A stretch of 64,000 bases of DNA from Candidatus Bathyarchaeota archaeon (lineage in GTDB: Archaea; Thermoproteota; Bathyarchaeia; Bathyarchaeales; Bathycorpusculaceae). Within the stretch, counting starts at the first letter, position 1; each line of letters opens with the position of its first letter. Made by a program: the position numbers and the translations under genes. This document shows, in pieces, positions 9,537-19,220 of this stretch. The notes below the pieces were generated by a model that was not told where the DNA came from, searched no databases, and saw only the letters and a list, made by a program, of their open reading frames with translations. The stretch is from assembly GCA_963707955.1 (NCBI GenBank), contig OY970176.1, positions 1,632,001 to 1,696,000 on the forward strand, given 5' to 3'.

Positions 9537-10323
9537 TTTTTTCTCGTGTTGCCGTGATGACTGTATAGAACTGGGTTAACTCGGTGTCTGTGAGGACGTA
9601 TTGCTCCTTTGCTTCTTTGCTGGCCGCGTGCACGTATTTGCGAAGTGCCTCGGGACTAATGTCAAAGTATTTTCCTTTGTCCTCGATCAACGCGTCGTAG
9701 GACTTTTTGTAGGCGATGGTTTTCATCCTGGATACGTGGAATCCGTGAGTTTCGAGCAGTCTCTTCGTTTCTGAAGCTTTGTAGTATCTTCTGTGGGCTC
9801 TAGATATCGTTCTCTCCAGCGTTTCGAAGAATTCCTGGTTGTCAGCTTCGTGTGGAGACAGGTCGCCGTACACGAAAGTGCCTCCTTCTTTGAGCAATCG
9901 TCCATAGTTTTCTAGCGTCTTTTCTTGGTCTTCGAAGTAATGCATAGTGCTCATGCACAGTATTGCATCGAAGGCTTCGGCTGCGAAGGGCAGGTGTTCA
10001 GCATCCCCCAGGATCAGTTCTGAATGCTGTCTGTAGGTGAGGAGCTTATCTCTCGCGTTGTTCAGCATTTCTCTCGTTAGGTCAAGCCCTATGAGATAGG
10101 GTCTGATCTTTTCAAGCAGGGGCTTCGCGTTTCTTCCGCTTCCGACGCCCACTTCTAGCAGAAGCTTGTTCTCGAAACGTGTGAAGGCGTTCAGCACTTC
10201 GTCAAGTATTTCAGTTCCAAAACCGTTTTCGGATTTCCACGTCCTGCTCTTCTGCCGGTCGTAGTCTTTAGCCCTAATGGAATAGTATTTCTGGACGGTC
10301 TCTTTGCGGGTGCTGTTGGTCAT
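9523..10323 (-). CDS. Class I SAM-dependent methyltransferase
   Basis: LEVGVGSGR, GLDLT, GDAEHLPF, FDAI. Confidence 0.88.
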   Translation of the reverse strand: MTNSTRKETVQKYYSIRAKDYDRQKSRTWKSENGFGTEILDEVLNAFTRFENKLLLEVGVGSGRNAKPLLEKIRPYLIGLDLTREMLNNARDKLLTYRQHSELILGDAEHLPFAAEAFDAILCMSTMHYFEDQEKTLENYGRLLKEGGTFVYGDLSPHEADNQEFFETLERTISRAHRRYYKASETKRLLETHGFHVSRMKTIAYKKSYDALIEDKGKYFDISPEALRKYVHAASKEAKEQYVLTDTELTQFYTVITATREKIEPA

Positions 10324-10333
10324 GTTGGTCTCT

Positions 10334-11371
10334 TCACTCTGTTCTTTCCACTTTGTGAAGCCCGTTCACGTTTTCAACGTTAAACTTAACGTTCAAGATC
10401 TGTTCCGTAATCCAGATGTTTGTTTCTAAGTGTTCTGAAACTGCGCGCGTGAAGTAGATGGAGTTTCCTTTGGCCAGGGCCACGTATGGGATGAGCAGAT
10501 CGGCCAAGTGCACGTCGACTGTGGGTTCGGCAGCCATCTCCGCGTAGAGTTTCTGAGCGGCCTCTTCGCCGACTTTTTCGCTTGTCTTCTTCAGTTCGCC
10601 TATCGCGTCAGCTCCCAACAATGTGCCCGTGTCAGTTTCGGCCCACATCACCATTGAGCTGCCCTTCTGCAGGGGGTTTGACGTGTCGTTTACTGCTTGA
10701 ATCTCTGTTGCGTAGCCTTTTTCTCTCAGGTAGTCTTTTGCCGCGTTTGCTTGTCTTTCAGCCACTTTCCTCTCGGCTAAGAATGTGCACACTGATACTC
10801 CTTTGATGGCTTTTATCTTGCCGAATGTTTCCATGTGTAAAGGTCTGAGAGAATGTGCCGGCTTCACTGTTGCCGTAACTTCGCCGTTCCCTCTTGGGTA
10901 GTAACCGTACTTGTGGACCTTCAGAGTTGCTTCCAGACCCATGCGGCAGAGAGTTGGTAAGAGGATGAAGCGGATGTAATTTATTGTGGGCGAGTTTGAA
11001 ACGTCGGTTCCACCCTTGGAAACGTGCAAGACAACGGTGCTTTTAGCATAAGCGCATATCGGCAGCACGGTCATTAAGAGCATTGGTATGCTTCCGGCGG
11101 TGCCGATTTCTGCCTCGATCTTGCCGCCTTCAACTTCTCTGGGCTTAAACCAGAGTTCGCGGGAGTCAATTTTTGCCCCCTCAAGTTCAGCGTTGCACAG
11201 TTTTGCGGCTGTCAAGACTGCTTCCAAGTGTTGGGGTTTCAAGCCTGATTGAGGTCTGTTGTGTCTGACGTTGTAGATGTGAAGCGGTTGCCCCGTTATG
11301 GCTGACAGGGCGACTGACAGTCTGAGGATTGTGCCGCTTCCTCCTTTTTTGCTGCCATCAACTTCGATCAA
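10334..11371 (-). CDS. rtcA: RNA 3'-terminal phosphate cyclase
   Basis: MIEVDGS (TTG 11371), ILRLSVALS, RPQSGLKPQH, GYYPRGNG, VDVHLADLLI. Confidence 0.93.
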   Translation of the reverse strand: MIEVDGSKKGGSGTILRLSVALSAITGQPLHIYNVRHNRPQSGLKPQHLEAVLTAAKLCNAELEGAKIDSRELWFKPREVEGGKIEAEIGTAGSIPMLLMTVLPICAYAKSTVVLHVSKGGTDVSNSPTINYIRFILLPTLCRMGLEATLKVHKYGYYPRGNGEVTATVKPAHSLRPLHMETFGKIKAIKGVSVCTFLAERKVAERQANAAKDYLREKGYATEIQAVNDTSNPLQKGSSMVMWAETDTGTLLGADAIGELKKTSEKVGEEAAQKLYAEMAAEPTVDVHLADLLIPYVALAKGNSIYFTRAVSEHLETNIWITEQILNVKFNVENVNGLHKVERTE

Positions 11372-11465
11372 GTATGCTCTGCGCGCCTCTTTTTCGGCTT
11401 GTGAGAAGAGTCGGAAACAATTAATAAATAGGTGAAGTATTAAGGATTTGGAGGGTTGAAGGCTT

Positions 11466-11894
11466 ATGAGCATGGATAAAGCGAAGGTGGACAACCTGAC
11501 CAAGAGAGTTGACGAACTCGTCGTGATCTTGAGCGGTATCGCTGAGGACTTGAGGCAGGTGTCCGCTTCGTTGAAGTCGCTGTCGGTTCAACAGATCACC
11601 CAGCCTGTGGCTGCGCCGCCGCCTCTATCACTGGGCCAGTCTCCGACTGTCGCCGGGGCGCCTCGGGCAGCAGAGAAGTCGAAGGCTATAGAAGACCTGC
11701 GAACGATGTTCCCTGAAGACTTGGAAAGCATGTTGAATTTTGAGGAAAAAGACGATTACATAATCATCAAGCCGCGGCAGTACTTGGGCTCTGAGAACTT
11801 CTCAAAAATCGCCTCTGTCGTGCGTCAAGCTGGAGGAGAATACGTCAGTGCCGGAAAAGCATCGCACTTCAGAGTGCCCAGACAGAGGACTTGA
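11466..11894 (+). CDS. Conserved hypothetical protein
   Basis: Coiled-coil N-terminus, Pro-rich linker, IIKPRQYLGSENFSKIA...GGEYVSAGKASHFRVP domain. Confidence 0.75.
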   Translation: MSMDKAKVDNLTKRVDELVVILSGIAEDLRQVSASLKSLSVQQITQPVAAPPPLSLGQSPTVAGAPRAAEKSKAIEDLRTMFPEDLESMLNFEEKDDYIIIKPRQYLGSENFSKIASVVRQAGGEYVSAGKASHFRVPRQRT

Positions 11895-11924
11895 ACAAAC
11901 TCTTTCCTCATGTGAAAGCGTCTG

Positions 11925-12200
11925 CTAATACCTTATTTCAAAATCGTTGAACTCGCCTGTGTAAGGCTCCCAAGCAACTTCTAACGCGGCGACTCTTGCC
12001 GTCGGAGGACCTCGCTTGCAGAACTCTACGAGTTGCTTCACGTCTTGTTCTTCACCTTCAAAAACGGCCTCAACCCTGTCGTCCGGTAGGTTGCGGATCC
12101 AGCCCTTCACCTGATGCTTTCTCGCCTCGTACCTTGCTTCTGACCTGTAGAACACGCCTTGCACTCTGCCTTCCACGAACACGTGCGCCCTGATTTTCAT
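11925..12200 (-). CDS. acyP: Acylphosphatase
   Basis: VEGRVQGVFYR, GWIRNLPDDRVE, GPPTARV. Confidence 0.95.
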   Translation of the reverse strand: MKIRAHVFVEGRVQGVFYRSEARYEARKHQVKGWIRNLPDDRVEAVFEGEEQDVKQLVEFCKRGPPTARVAALEVAWEPYTGEFNDFEIRY

Positions 12201-12313
12201 CGCTTCTCCGTCAGGAAGCTTTTCACTTAAACTCATCTCTCTGCCTTGTAGACGTGTTGTTTCAGCACTTGTTTTAAAAGATGTCCGTTCGACCGTGATC
12301 TTGGTGAGCGTGC

Positions 12314-12649
12314 ATGCTTGAGAATTGTAACGGGAAATTGTTTGTTTACGCCTCGAGTTTTGCGTCTCGCGAAAAACGCTTGAAGCCCGTGAGTGTTGCA
12401 ACAGAGAAGATGGCTAAACATCTGAAGCTGAGTTTCGAAGTCAAGACCTTCACGAAGAAGTTTCTGCCGATTTACGTTTACTACAAGAACGGTGAAGAGG
12501 AGCCTATTCCTATCTATTGCGTAGGCGAGGAGCAGTCAAGCATCGAAGACATTTGCATGCAGTTGAGGAACATGATGTTTGTCTTGTCCTTTCATCCCAA
12601 ACATACAGCTTTGAGGCAGAGGAGGAAAGAAATCATGCAGTTTTCGTGA
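12314..12649 (+). CDS. Hypothetical protein
   Basis: 111-aa ORF with GGTGA SD; protein-like composition. Confidence 0.65.
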   Translation: MLENCNGKLFVYASSFASREKRLKPVSVATEKMAKHLKLSFEVKTFTKKFLPIYVYYKNGEEEPIPIYCVGEEQSSIEDICMQLRNMMFVLSFHPKHTALRQRRKEIMQFS

Positions 12650-12959
12650 ACTTCAGGCTTTGATTTTCAAGGTTTATGTCGTAGATCTGGTTAACGTCAA
12701 AGTTTATGCCTAAGGTCTCGTACTCTTGTTCTGTTAAAAACAGGATTATTTTTGGAATTGCGAAATCCACTCTTCCGGGAAACATCGGCATCTGCTGCTG
12801 CAGGGCTTGAAGCACGTCTTGGACAACTTTGGCTTCTTCTGTTTGAGGTCTCATTGTGAAGTGGGGAACTTGTCGGTCTTCGATCAGCTCTATTCGTTTT
12901 CCAAGGTTGCCGTCCGGGTCATGGATGGATTCAATCTTCTGCACTCTTACTCGAAACAT
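12633..12959 (-). CDS. Arcadin-1 family protein
   Basis: DPDGNLGKRIELIE...PKIILFLTEQEYETLG...DVNQIYDI resembles arcadin-1 (recognition from memory). Confidence 0.7.
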   Translation of the reverse strand: MFRVRVQKIESIHDPDGNLGKRIELIEDRQVPHFTMRPQTEEAKVVQDVLQALQQQMPMFPGRVDFAIPKIILFLTEQEYETLGINFDVNQIYDINLENQSLKFTKTA

Positions 12960-13026
12960 GGTCTGTCACCACTGAAAAGGCTCAAAGGAGCTTTATAGAT
13001 TTCGGAAGCGTCTCCAACGTTTTGAC

Positions 13027-13956
13027 TCAGTCTGTGGAATCATGCGGAAACGACTCATCCAGTCTTGACTGAATTTTGATCTCTTTCGGTTCGGAAACAT
13101 ATTCTGTTGTCTTCTGCAGCTTGCGGAGAAGTCTGAGCTGTTGCTGGATCTTTTCTTCGTCTCTAGTTGGTAATTCTAGGACTTTCGGAGTGTCCTCAAA
13201 CCTCTTATCTCTAACGATGGCATGGAAGACTTGCAACCCTAATTTTCCTTCTCCGATGGCCATGTGTCGGTCGATTCTGCATCCTAAGTCTCCTTTCGAA
13301 TCGTTCACGTGCAGCATCTTGAGCTTGTCCTTTCCCACCTTTGCGTCAAATTCCTTCAAAACGTTCTCGTATCCTTGATAACCTCGGATGTCGTATCCCG
13401 CGGCGAAAACATGGCACGTGTCAAGGCAGACGCCTAGCAGATGGCTCTTTTCCACTCCTTTTATGATTTCTGTCAGATCCTCAAAGCGTGAACCAATAGC
13501 AGTGCCCTGACCAGCCATAGTCTCAAGAAGAATCATGACATGTGAGGCCTCGGTACCGTTGAAAACTTCGTTTAACGCATTGACCGTTCGGCCGATCCCA
13601 GCCTTCTTGCCAAGTCTGCCGCAATATCCCGGGTGCATCACTAAAAGCTGAATTCCCAGCTGATCAGCAATTGACAATTCAGTGGCCAGCCTAGTTTTTG
13701 AGTTTTGCCAGATTGCATCGGTTGGCGCTGCTGGATTTACTATGAGGGGGACGTGTGCGATGACCTGCTTGACGCTGCTTGTCTGCCAGGCTGTCCTAAA
13801 ACTAAGAGTTTCTTCAGGTGATAATTCCCTGGTTTTCCACGTGCGAGACAGTGTGATGTAGGTTTGTGCACATTCGCAACCCCACTTTTGCGCATATGCA
13901 AATAGTGTTGACAGGCCACCCTTACCGGGGTGAGCAGGAACGTTTGATCCAATCAT
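13027..13956 (-). CDS. nfo: Endonuclease IV (AP endonuclease)
   Basis: MHPG, LETMAGQG, CLDTCHVFAAGYD, HVNDSK, DRHMAIGEG. Confidence 0.93.
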   Translation of the reverse strand: MIGSNVPAHPGKGGLSTLFAYAQKWGCECAQTYITLSRTWKTRELSPEETLSFRTAWQTSSVKQVIAHVPLIVNPAAPTDAIWQNSKTRLATELSIADQLGIQLLVMHPGYCGRLGKKAGIGRTVNALNEVFNGTEASHVMILLETMAGQGTAIGSRFEDLTEIIKGVEKSHLLGVCLDTCHVFAAGYDIRGYQGYENVLKEFDAKVGKDKLKMLHVNDSKGDLGCRIDRHMAIGEGKLGLQVFHAIVRDKRFEDTPKVLELPTRDEEKIQQQLRLLRKLQKTTEYVSEPKEIKIQSRLDESFPHDSTD

Positions 13957-14208
13957 CTTCTCACTAGTTGTTTACTCGTGCAGGAAGACCGTGCAACTCT
14001 ATGATTTTCCTCATTCCTGCGATCGTATTTGCAACAAGCCTCTTTAGGTCAAAGGTCTGCAAGGCCTAGCCTCTCAGGCTGTTAACTGCTTTGCGGTTTT
14101 ATGTTTTGCGCAGTGTGACGCCTTGGCAATTCCCAGCTAGATCTCTCATGATTTTAGACTGGCGCGCGCGGGCAGAAAGACATAATAGTTCTTTGAAGCC
14201 ACGGTATT

Positions 14209-14493
14209 GTGGAAACAATGAAAATAAACATTGACGTCCTAATGGTCATTCTTCTCGTGATCTTCGTGGGGAGCCTAGTCGGGCTTATAATCTATGGCGA
14301 GGTGTGGCGCATCAACCTCTCGATGACTGACACGCAGATTGAAAACTTCGATGCAGAACGCACGCGAAACGCTTTCATATTGTCAGCTGTTTGTATTGCA
14401 TCCGGGGGCTCCATGTTATATATACTTATTACAAGGTTCTCGCCGGAAAAAGAAAAGAAAAAGGTCTCTGCCTCCGGCGTCACCCATGAATGA
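14209..14493 (+). CDS. Small two-TM membrane protein
   Basis: Two hydrophobic stretches; bracketed by (GC)n motifs at 14162 and 14533. Confidence 0.6.
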   Translation: METMKINIDVLMVILLVIFVGSLVGLIIYGEVWRINLSMTDTQIENFDAERTRNAFILSAVCIASGGSMLYILITRFSPEKEKKKVSASGVTHE

Positions 14494-14635
14494 AGTATCG
14501 TGTTTCTGTTGAATTGCGGTCGCGCAAGGACCGCGCGCGCGACGGAGGGTTAGCAAGTGTCAAAAACAGCGTTTGACTTTGTGAAATTTTATATTCGTTG
14601 CATGTTATATCCTTAACATGTTTGGGGGAAGTGGC

Positions 14636-14788
14636 GTGAAACTTGTAACCGTATTATTGCCCGAAGCTTATTTGGAAGGTTTAGATGAGCTCGTGAGAGC
14701 TAATATGTATCCGAGCAGGAGTTCAGCTATACGGTCTTCGGTGAGGGATCTGCTGAAGAAAGAGCTTTGGGAAAGACGCGGAAGATGA
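14636..14788 (+). CDS. Ribbon-helix-helix (CopG/CdrS-like) regulator, 50 aa
   Basis: Manual translation MKLVTVLLPEAYLEGLDELVRANMYPSRSSAIRSSVRDLLKKELWERRGR; below ORF-track cutoff. Confidence 0.85.
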   Translation: MKLVTVLLPEAYLEGLDELVRANMYPSRSSAIRSSVRDLLKKELWERRGR

Positions 14789-15444
14789 AGCTTTGCAGTG
14801 GAAGGAAACTTCAATACACAATTCCACTGCCCGCAAGGCTCATCAGTTTTCTCAGAGGTAAGTCGGTAAAAACTGTCTTGGAACTCGGCTGTGGTTATGG
14901 CAGAGCCTGCTTTTTCTTACATGAGAACGGTCTTTGCGTCGCAGGCGTCGACTTAGACAAGGTGCAGGTCGGATTGGCTTTACAGGAAGCAAAATCGCGG
15001 AGGATTCACGATGGAATAGACTTTGTGGTCAACGATGCTGGAAATCTATGTTTCCCAGAATTCTCTTTTGACGCGGTCACGATGCTAGGAGTCCTCACTC
15101 TGGTTCCAAAAGCCGAAAGGCCGAGAATAATGAACGAAGTTGAAAGAGTCCTAAAACAGGTGGGCTACGTTTTCATCGAGGAGTTTGGCCGGACTTGGGA
15201 GAATCCGGTTTACAGGAAGAGATACAAGGAGGACTTGAAGGTCACCGGTGAATTGGGCACAGTCACAGTTAGGGATGACAATGGCAGGGTTCTGCATTTT
15301 GGGCATCACTTCACCCGCGGAGAGCTGCTCAGTCTTCTCAGAGGCTTCCAAATTGTCAGTTTCGAAAAAGACGTTTTCACAAGTTATTATCACAGAAACT
15401 GGGTCAAAGGAAACATCATACTGGCCCAGAAACAGCGAAGATAG
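14785..15444 (+). CDS. Class I SAM-dependent methyltransferase
   Basis: VLELGCGYGR, GVDLD, FDAV; ATGA overlap with the RHH gene. Confidence 0.85.
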   Translation: MKLCSGRKLQYTIPLPARLISFLRGKSVKTVLELGCGYGRACFFLHENGLCVAGVDLDKVQVGLALQEAKSRRIHDGIDFVVNDAGNLCFPEFSFDAVTMLGVLTLVPKAERPRIMNEVERVLKQVGYVFIEEFGRTWENPVYRKRYKEDLKVTGELGTVTVRDDNGRVLHFGHHFTRGELLSLLRGFQIVSFEKDVFTSYYHRNWVKGNIILAQKQRR

Positions 15445-15495
15445 GTTTTTTCCATCAAAATGGCTTTGCGTAAAGCTCTTCTTATTGAAGCGTCA

Positions 15496-16263
15496 TTAGC
15501 TAGGTTTTCCTAGGTCTCTCACTTTCTTGGCTGTTTCCGCAGGGTTTTCTGCGAGTGTTATCTCTCTTCCCACGATCAGATAGCGCGCGCCAGCCTCTAT
15601 GGCCGGTCGAACCGTTGCACCTTGAGCTCCTATTCCAGGCGAGTATATTGGAACCTTTTCTCCGAGTATTTCATGCACTTCTTTTATCTTCTCAGGGTAA
15701 GTCGCGCCCACAACTGCGCCGTCTGCGTCGTATTTCAGAGCTTTTTTTGCGAAGGATATGTACTGAAACGTTTTCGCGCCGCTTTCAGTTTCAATGATTG
15801 TTTGCCCGTAGCCTTCAGCTGCGGCTTTGTGACTCATGTAGACGAGGAGGATTACCCCGCGGCGCAGTCGGCGTGCAACATCAAAGATGGGTTTCAACCC
15901 TTCTTCCCATCCGGTGAATGGGTTGGCTATTAGGGCGTCGAAGCCCGCGGCATAGTAGTACTCAGCGATAACTTGGTTCGTGGCGCCGATGTCATTCGCC
16001 TTGCAGTCCATTATTGTCATCAATCCGGCATCGTGAGCCTTTCTGACAAGTTTTTCAACACCGTCAAACGTGCCCAGAGGAAGGACTAGGTGATGGTTGA
16101 ATTTGACAGCGCAAATGTAGGGATGAACAATGTCCAGAACGTGTTCTGCTTTGAGAAAGAGGGCCCTTCGGTTTTTTGGGTTTTCAAACGGAAAGTCAAA
16201 AGCCAAAACGATGTTAGATTCCTTTTCCCTTGCCTTCTTTTCCATCTTGACGCGGAAAGACAA
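15496..16263 (-). CDS. pyrF: Orotidine-5'-phosphate decarboxylase
   Basis: DCKANDIGAT, VVGAT, SPGIGAQG, IVGREI. Confidence 0.93.
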   Translation of the reverse strand: MSFRVKMEKKAREKESNIVLAFDFPFENPKNRRALFLKAEHVLDIVHPYICAVKFNHHLVLPLGTFDGVEKLVRKAHDAGLMTIMDCKANDIGATNQVIAEYYYAAGFDALIANPFTGWEEGLKPIFDVARRLRRGVILLVYMSHKAAAEGYGQTIIETESGAKTFQYISFAKKALKYDADGAVVGATYPEKIKEVHEILGEKVPIYSPGIGAQGATVRPAIEAGARYLIVGREITLAENPAETAKKVRDLGKPS

Positions 16264-16337
16264 ACTCAAACGCCTCTCTCTACTTGGTGATAAGACTAAA
16301 AACTCTTTTGCTTCCCACACTTGCCCAACTGCTATTC

Positions 16338-16931
16338 CTAGCTCATGTCTAAATCCTTCAGCGAAAGCTCTTGTTCTAGAGCTGACAGGAAAGCCATGGT
16401 TCTCGCGTGTCTTTCCTTCGCAATTCTCTTTGACGTGGGAGTGTTAAGTAGACCGTAGATGGGCTTCAATTCTTCAAAGCAGTTCTTCACAACGGTTTCA
16501 AATGGTCTCTTGCCTAACCAGTGGAATACTCTGGCAACGCCCGCCGCTCCTAACAGGTCGATTTTGTCCGCGTCCCAAACAATCTTCTCCTCCAGTGTTT
16601 CCAGCTTGTCTCTGAGAGGAAGCGCGTGATGTAACACTATCCTCGCGACTCTGTCACTCTTTTCACGAGGATAGTCTGTGCCGCTTAGAATCTCGCTTGC
16701 GAGTCTTGCTCCCGTTTCGTTGTGCGGTTCACCGACCGTTCGCCCTATATCGTGTAAGATGGCTCCTATCTGTACCAATTCGACATCTGCTTTCTCTCTC
16801 TCAGCCAGGAAAGTTGCGATTCTGAAGACGCGACCAACATGGGAGTAGGAGTGAACGGTCCCTTCCAGCGGAGCCATCTTCTCTTTAACGGTGATTATCA
16901 AGCGCTCTATCAATGGTCGCATGTCTATCAC
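16338..16931 (-). CDS. HD-domain phosphohydrolase
   Basis: HSYSHVGRV, LHDIGR, WDADKIDLLG. Confidence 0.9.
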   Translation of the reverse strand: MIDMRPLIERLIITVKEKMAPLEGTVHSYSHVGRVFRIATFLAEREKADVELVQIGAILHDIGRTVGEPHNETGARLASEILSGTDYPREKSDRVARIVLHHALPLRDKLETLEEKIVWDADKIDLLGAAGVARVFHWLGKRPFETVVKNCFEELKPIYGLLNTPTSKRIAKERHARTMAFLSALEQELSLKDLDMS

Positions 16932-17009
16932 GGCGATTTGTGGTGTGCTTTCTACACTAAATTTAAAAGTTAAACCTTATAAATCGTAGAGTGAGAAACC
17001 GCACACCTG

Positions 17010-17453
17010 GTGGCATGCATGAAACCTCAACCAGTGTTGAGCAATGAGCTTCGGAAACTCGTTGAATCTCGCATGAAGAGCAATCTAGAGGGGATAGAGC
17101 AAACGCTGCAACAGATATTTGGAGCACAGAAACTTGGCTTGGAAGAATTGAGGGAAACGATAAAGGGGCTTGAGGAGAGCTTTGACCTTCTGTCTCAGAA
17201 ATGGAACCTCCAGATCCTCTACATACTGTTTCTCAGAGAAACCACGGGGTTCGGCGAGCTGAAGAAGATTCTCAGGGCGAACTCTCGCACCTTATCGGAC
17301 AAACTTAAAATGCTCAACCAGAATGGATACATCAGAAGGTCAGTGGACGAGGGTCCTCCTCTGAGAGTAGGGTACTCGCTTACGACAAGAGGCCGCAATA
17401 CAGTTCTTCTCGCATTGCCTTTCCTATATTATTCTAGCAGTAACCTGACATGA
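17010..17453 (+). CDS. HxlR-family winged-helix regulator
   Basis: KWNLQIL, FGELKK, SRTLSDKLK, PPLRVGYSLT. Confidence 0.88.
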   Translation: MACMKPQPVLSNELRKLVESRMKSNLEGIEQTLQQIFGAQKLGLEELRETIKGLEESFDLLSQKWNLQILYILFLRETTGFGELKKILRANSRTLSDKLKMLNQNGYIRRSVDEGPPLRVGYSLTTRGRNTVLLALPFLYYSSSNLT

Positions 17454-17463
17454 GAAACAAGTT

Positions 17464-18159
17464 CTACACAGAACTGTTTTGGAACACTTTGATAGATTCG
17501 ATTTCCCCTCCTGAAGACTGTTTGATCAGTGACAATGCTGTAGCAACAGCCTCTCTCAGCCGGTTCTGCAATATCCCTGGAGCGCCATATCCGACCATGG
17601 TCGCGTTTTTTGTCTCCAATGTTATCTTCGTCTTGTCCGAATCACGGTAAGGATAGATGCACAAGACCTGTTTTCCATCTGCCAAAACAAGCATATTTTC
17701 CTTCAAGGAAATCGGTGCTTTCATGCCAATTCCAGTGAAGGCTTCACCGTTTCTGGCAAAACGAACTTGAAACGGTGGAGCTATGCAGTCACGGTCGAAT
17801 CCACTCATTGGAACCATCGTTTTCACAGATGCCAGATTGTAAGCGTCCACGACCGTGGACACGTTTGGAAGCTCGTCACCACACAAGACTCTTCGAATTA
17901 AGGCTTCACCAGCCGGCCTTGTCTTCGTTGGGTCGATGCCAAGCTTCCAATAGAAGTCCCGGTAGTCTCTCACAGTCGAGTCATCTTTCAGGTCCGCAAT
18001 GTTATATTTGCTTCTGACCTCTTCGTACAAGATTTTCTTGAGTTGCCGGAGCTGTTCGTTCTCTTTTCGTGCAGTAACGCCGTTGATGAGTCCGATGCAG
18101 ATCGCAAGTTGCGGTAACTTTTCAGAGACTTCAGGGCTCCAGTTGACGTCTATTTGCAT
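17464..18159 (-). CDS. B3/B4 (PheT-like) tRNA-editing domain protein
   Basis: YRDFYWKLGIDPTKTRPAGEALIRR, VDAYNLAS, YPYRDS. Confidence 0.88.
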   Translation of the reverse strand: MQIDVNWSPEVSEKLPQLAICIGLINGVTARKENEQLRQLKKILYEEVRSKYNIADLKDDSTVRDYRDFYWKLGIDPTKTRPAGEALIRRVLCGDELPNVSTVVDAYNLASVKTMVPMSGFDRDCIAPPFQVRFARNGEAFTGIGMKAPISLKENMLVLADGKQVLCIYPYRDSDKTKITLETKNATMVGYGAPGILQNRLREAVATALSLIKQSSGGEIESIKVFQNSSV

Positions 18160-18238
18160 TTTCGTGCACCATTCAGTTCTTATTTTGGCCTCTGCATACT
18201 TAATAGCCTCAAGCAGAATCTCAACCAAAGCCTAAAAA

Positions 18239-19132
18239 ATGATCGGTGAGCTTGCGGCGTTGGGCGCTGCTATCAGTTGGACAGTGTCAGCGTTATTCTA
18301 TGGAAAAGCGCTGCAACAGGCTAGGCCGATCTCCGCAAACATTATTCGTCTCACGTTAACAGGCTCGATTTTGCTCTTGTTCCTCGTTATTTTAGGCAAA
18401 CTTACATTTTTGACTGATTTACCTTCAGGAGTCGTTGTCATCTCAGCCGTCAGTGGCATAATTGGTCTAGGCTTAGGTGACACCTTGTATCTGGTGAGTC
18501 TGAGCCGAATAGGCGTCGCACGAGCCGTTCCGATAACCTGTGTTTATCCATTGTTTAGTCTTATATGGGCCTTTTTCCTCGAAGGTGAGCCGGTCACTTG
18601 GGCCGTTGTCCTCGGGGCCGTTGTCATAGTTGGCGGGATATGGTTTCTTGGCCAGGGCACCCATGCAGGCGAAGTTGATACAAAGAAGAAATCGTTGATC
18701 ATTGGCATGATCTTCGCCCTTCTAACTGCCATATTGTGGTCTATTAGTATTGCAATGATGGATATCGCAGTGAGAGAAACGCCGGACCTGGATCACGCTT
18801 TGGCCATCAACACGATGAGAGTGATCGCAATTGCGGCGTTTTTGTTCGCGGCTTCTCCTCTGCTCGATCGGAAACTGGGCTTTCTGAAGGTGCCGAAGAA
18901 AACCGTGATGGCCTTGGTTGCTGGGGGAATCGTCGCACTGGGTCTCGGATGGTTTTTTCTGGCGTACAGTTTCGTGCAGATTGCGCAGTCTCGGGCTGTT
19001 CCAATATCTTCAACGACCCCTCTCTTTTCGACGCTCGCCAGTGTTTTCCTGTTGCGTGAAAAAGTCACTGCCCGAACAGCTCTTGGATCGATAATGATCG
19101 TGGCTGGGATTTTCCTGGTCTTTCTGGCATAA
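18239..19132 (+). CDS. EamA/DMT family transporter
   Basis: About 10 TM helices in two EamA repeats. Confidence 0.9.
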   Translation: MIGELAALGAAISWTVSALFYGKALQQARPISANIIRLTLTGSILLLFLVILGKLTFLTDLPSGVVVISAVSGIIGLGLGDTLYLVSLSRIGVARAVPITCVYPLFSLIWAFFLEGEPVTWAVVLGAVVIVGGIWFLGQGTHAGEVDTKKKSLIIGMIFALLTAILWSISIAMMDIAVRETPDLDHALAINTMRVIAIAAFLFAASPLLDRKLGFLKVPKKTVMALVAGGIVALGLGWFFLAYSFVQIAQSRAVPISSTTPLFSTLASVFLLREKVTARTALGSIMIVAGIFLVFLA

Positions 19133-19220
19133 AACTGTTCTTTTCTCAAACCGTGTATAGCTTTTTATAGTGCGTGCCGTTCTAAGGGGGAACTTGGCGA
19201 ATTTGCAAGGTAGAGATTGA

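Noticed and set aside
10334-11371. rtcA as a partner of the pcm intron
   Set aside because: It is 7 kb away in a separate operon. BHB splicing uses EndA and RtcB, so the proximity is probably coincidental.
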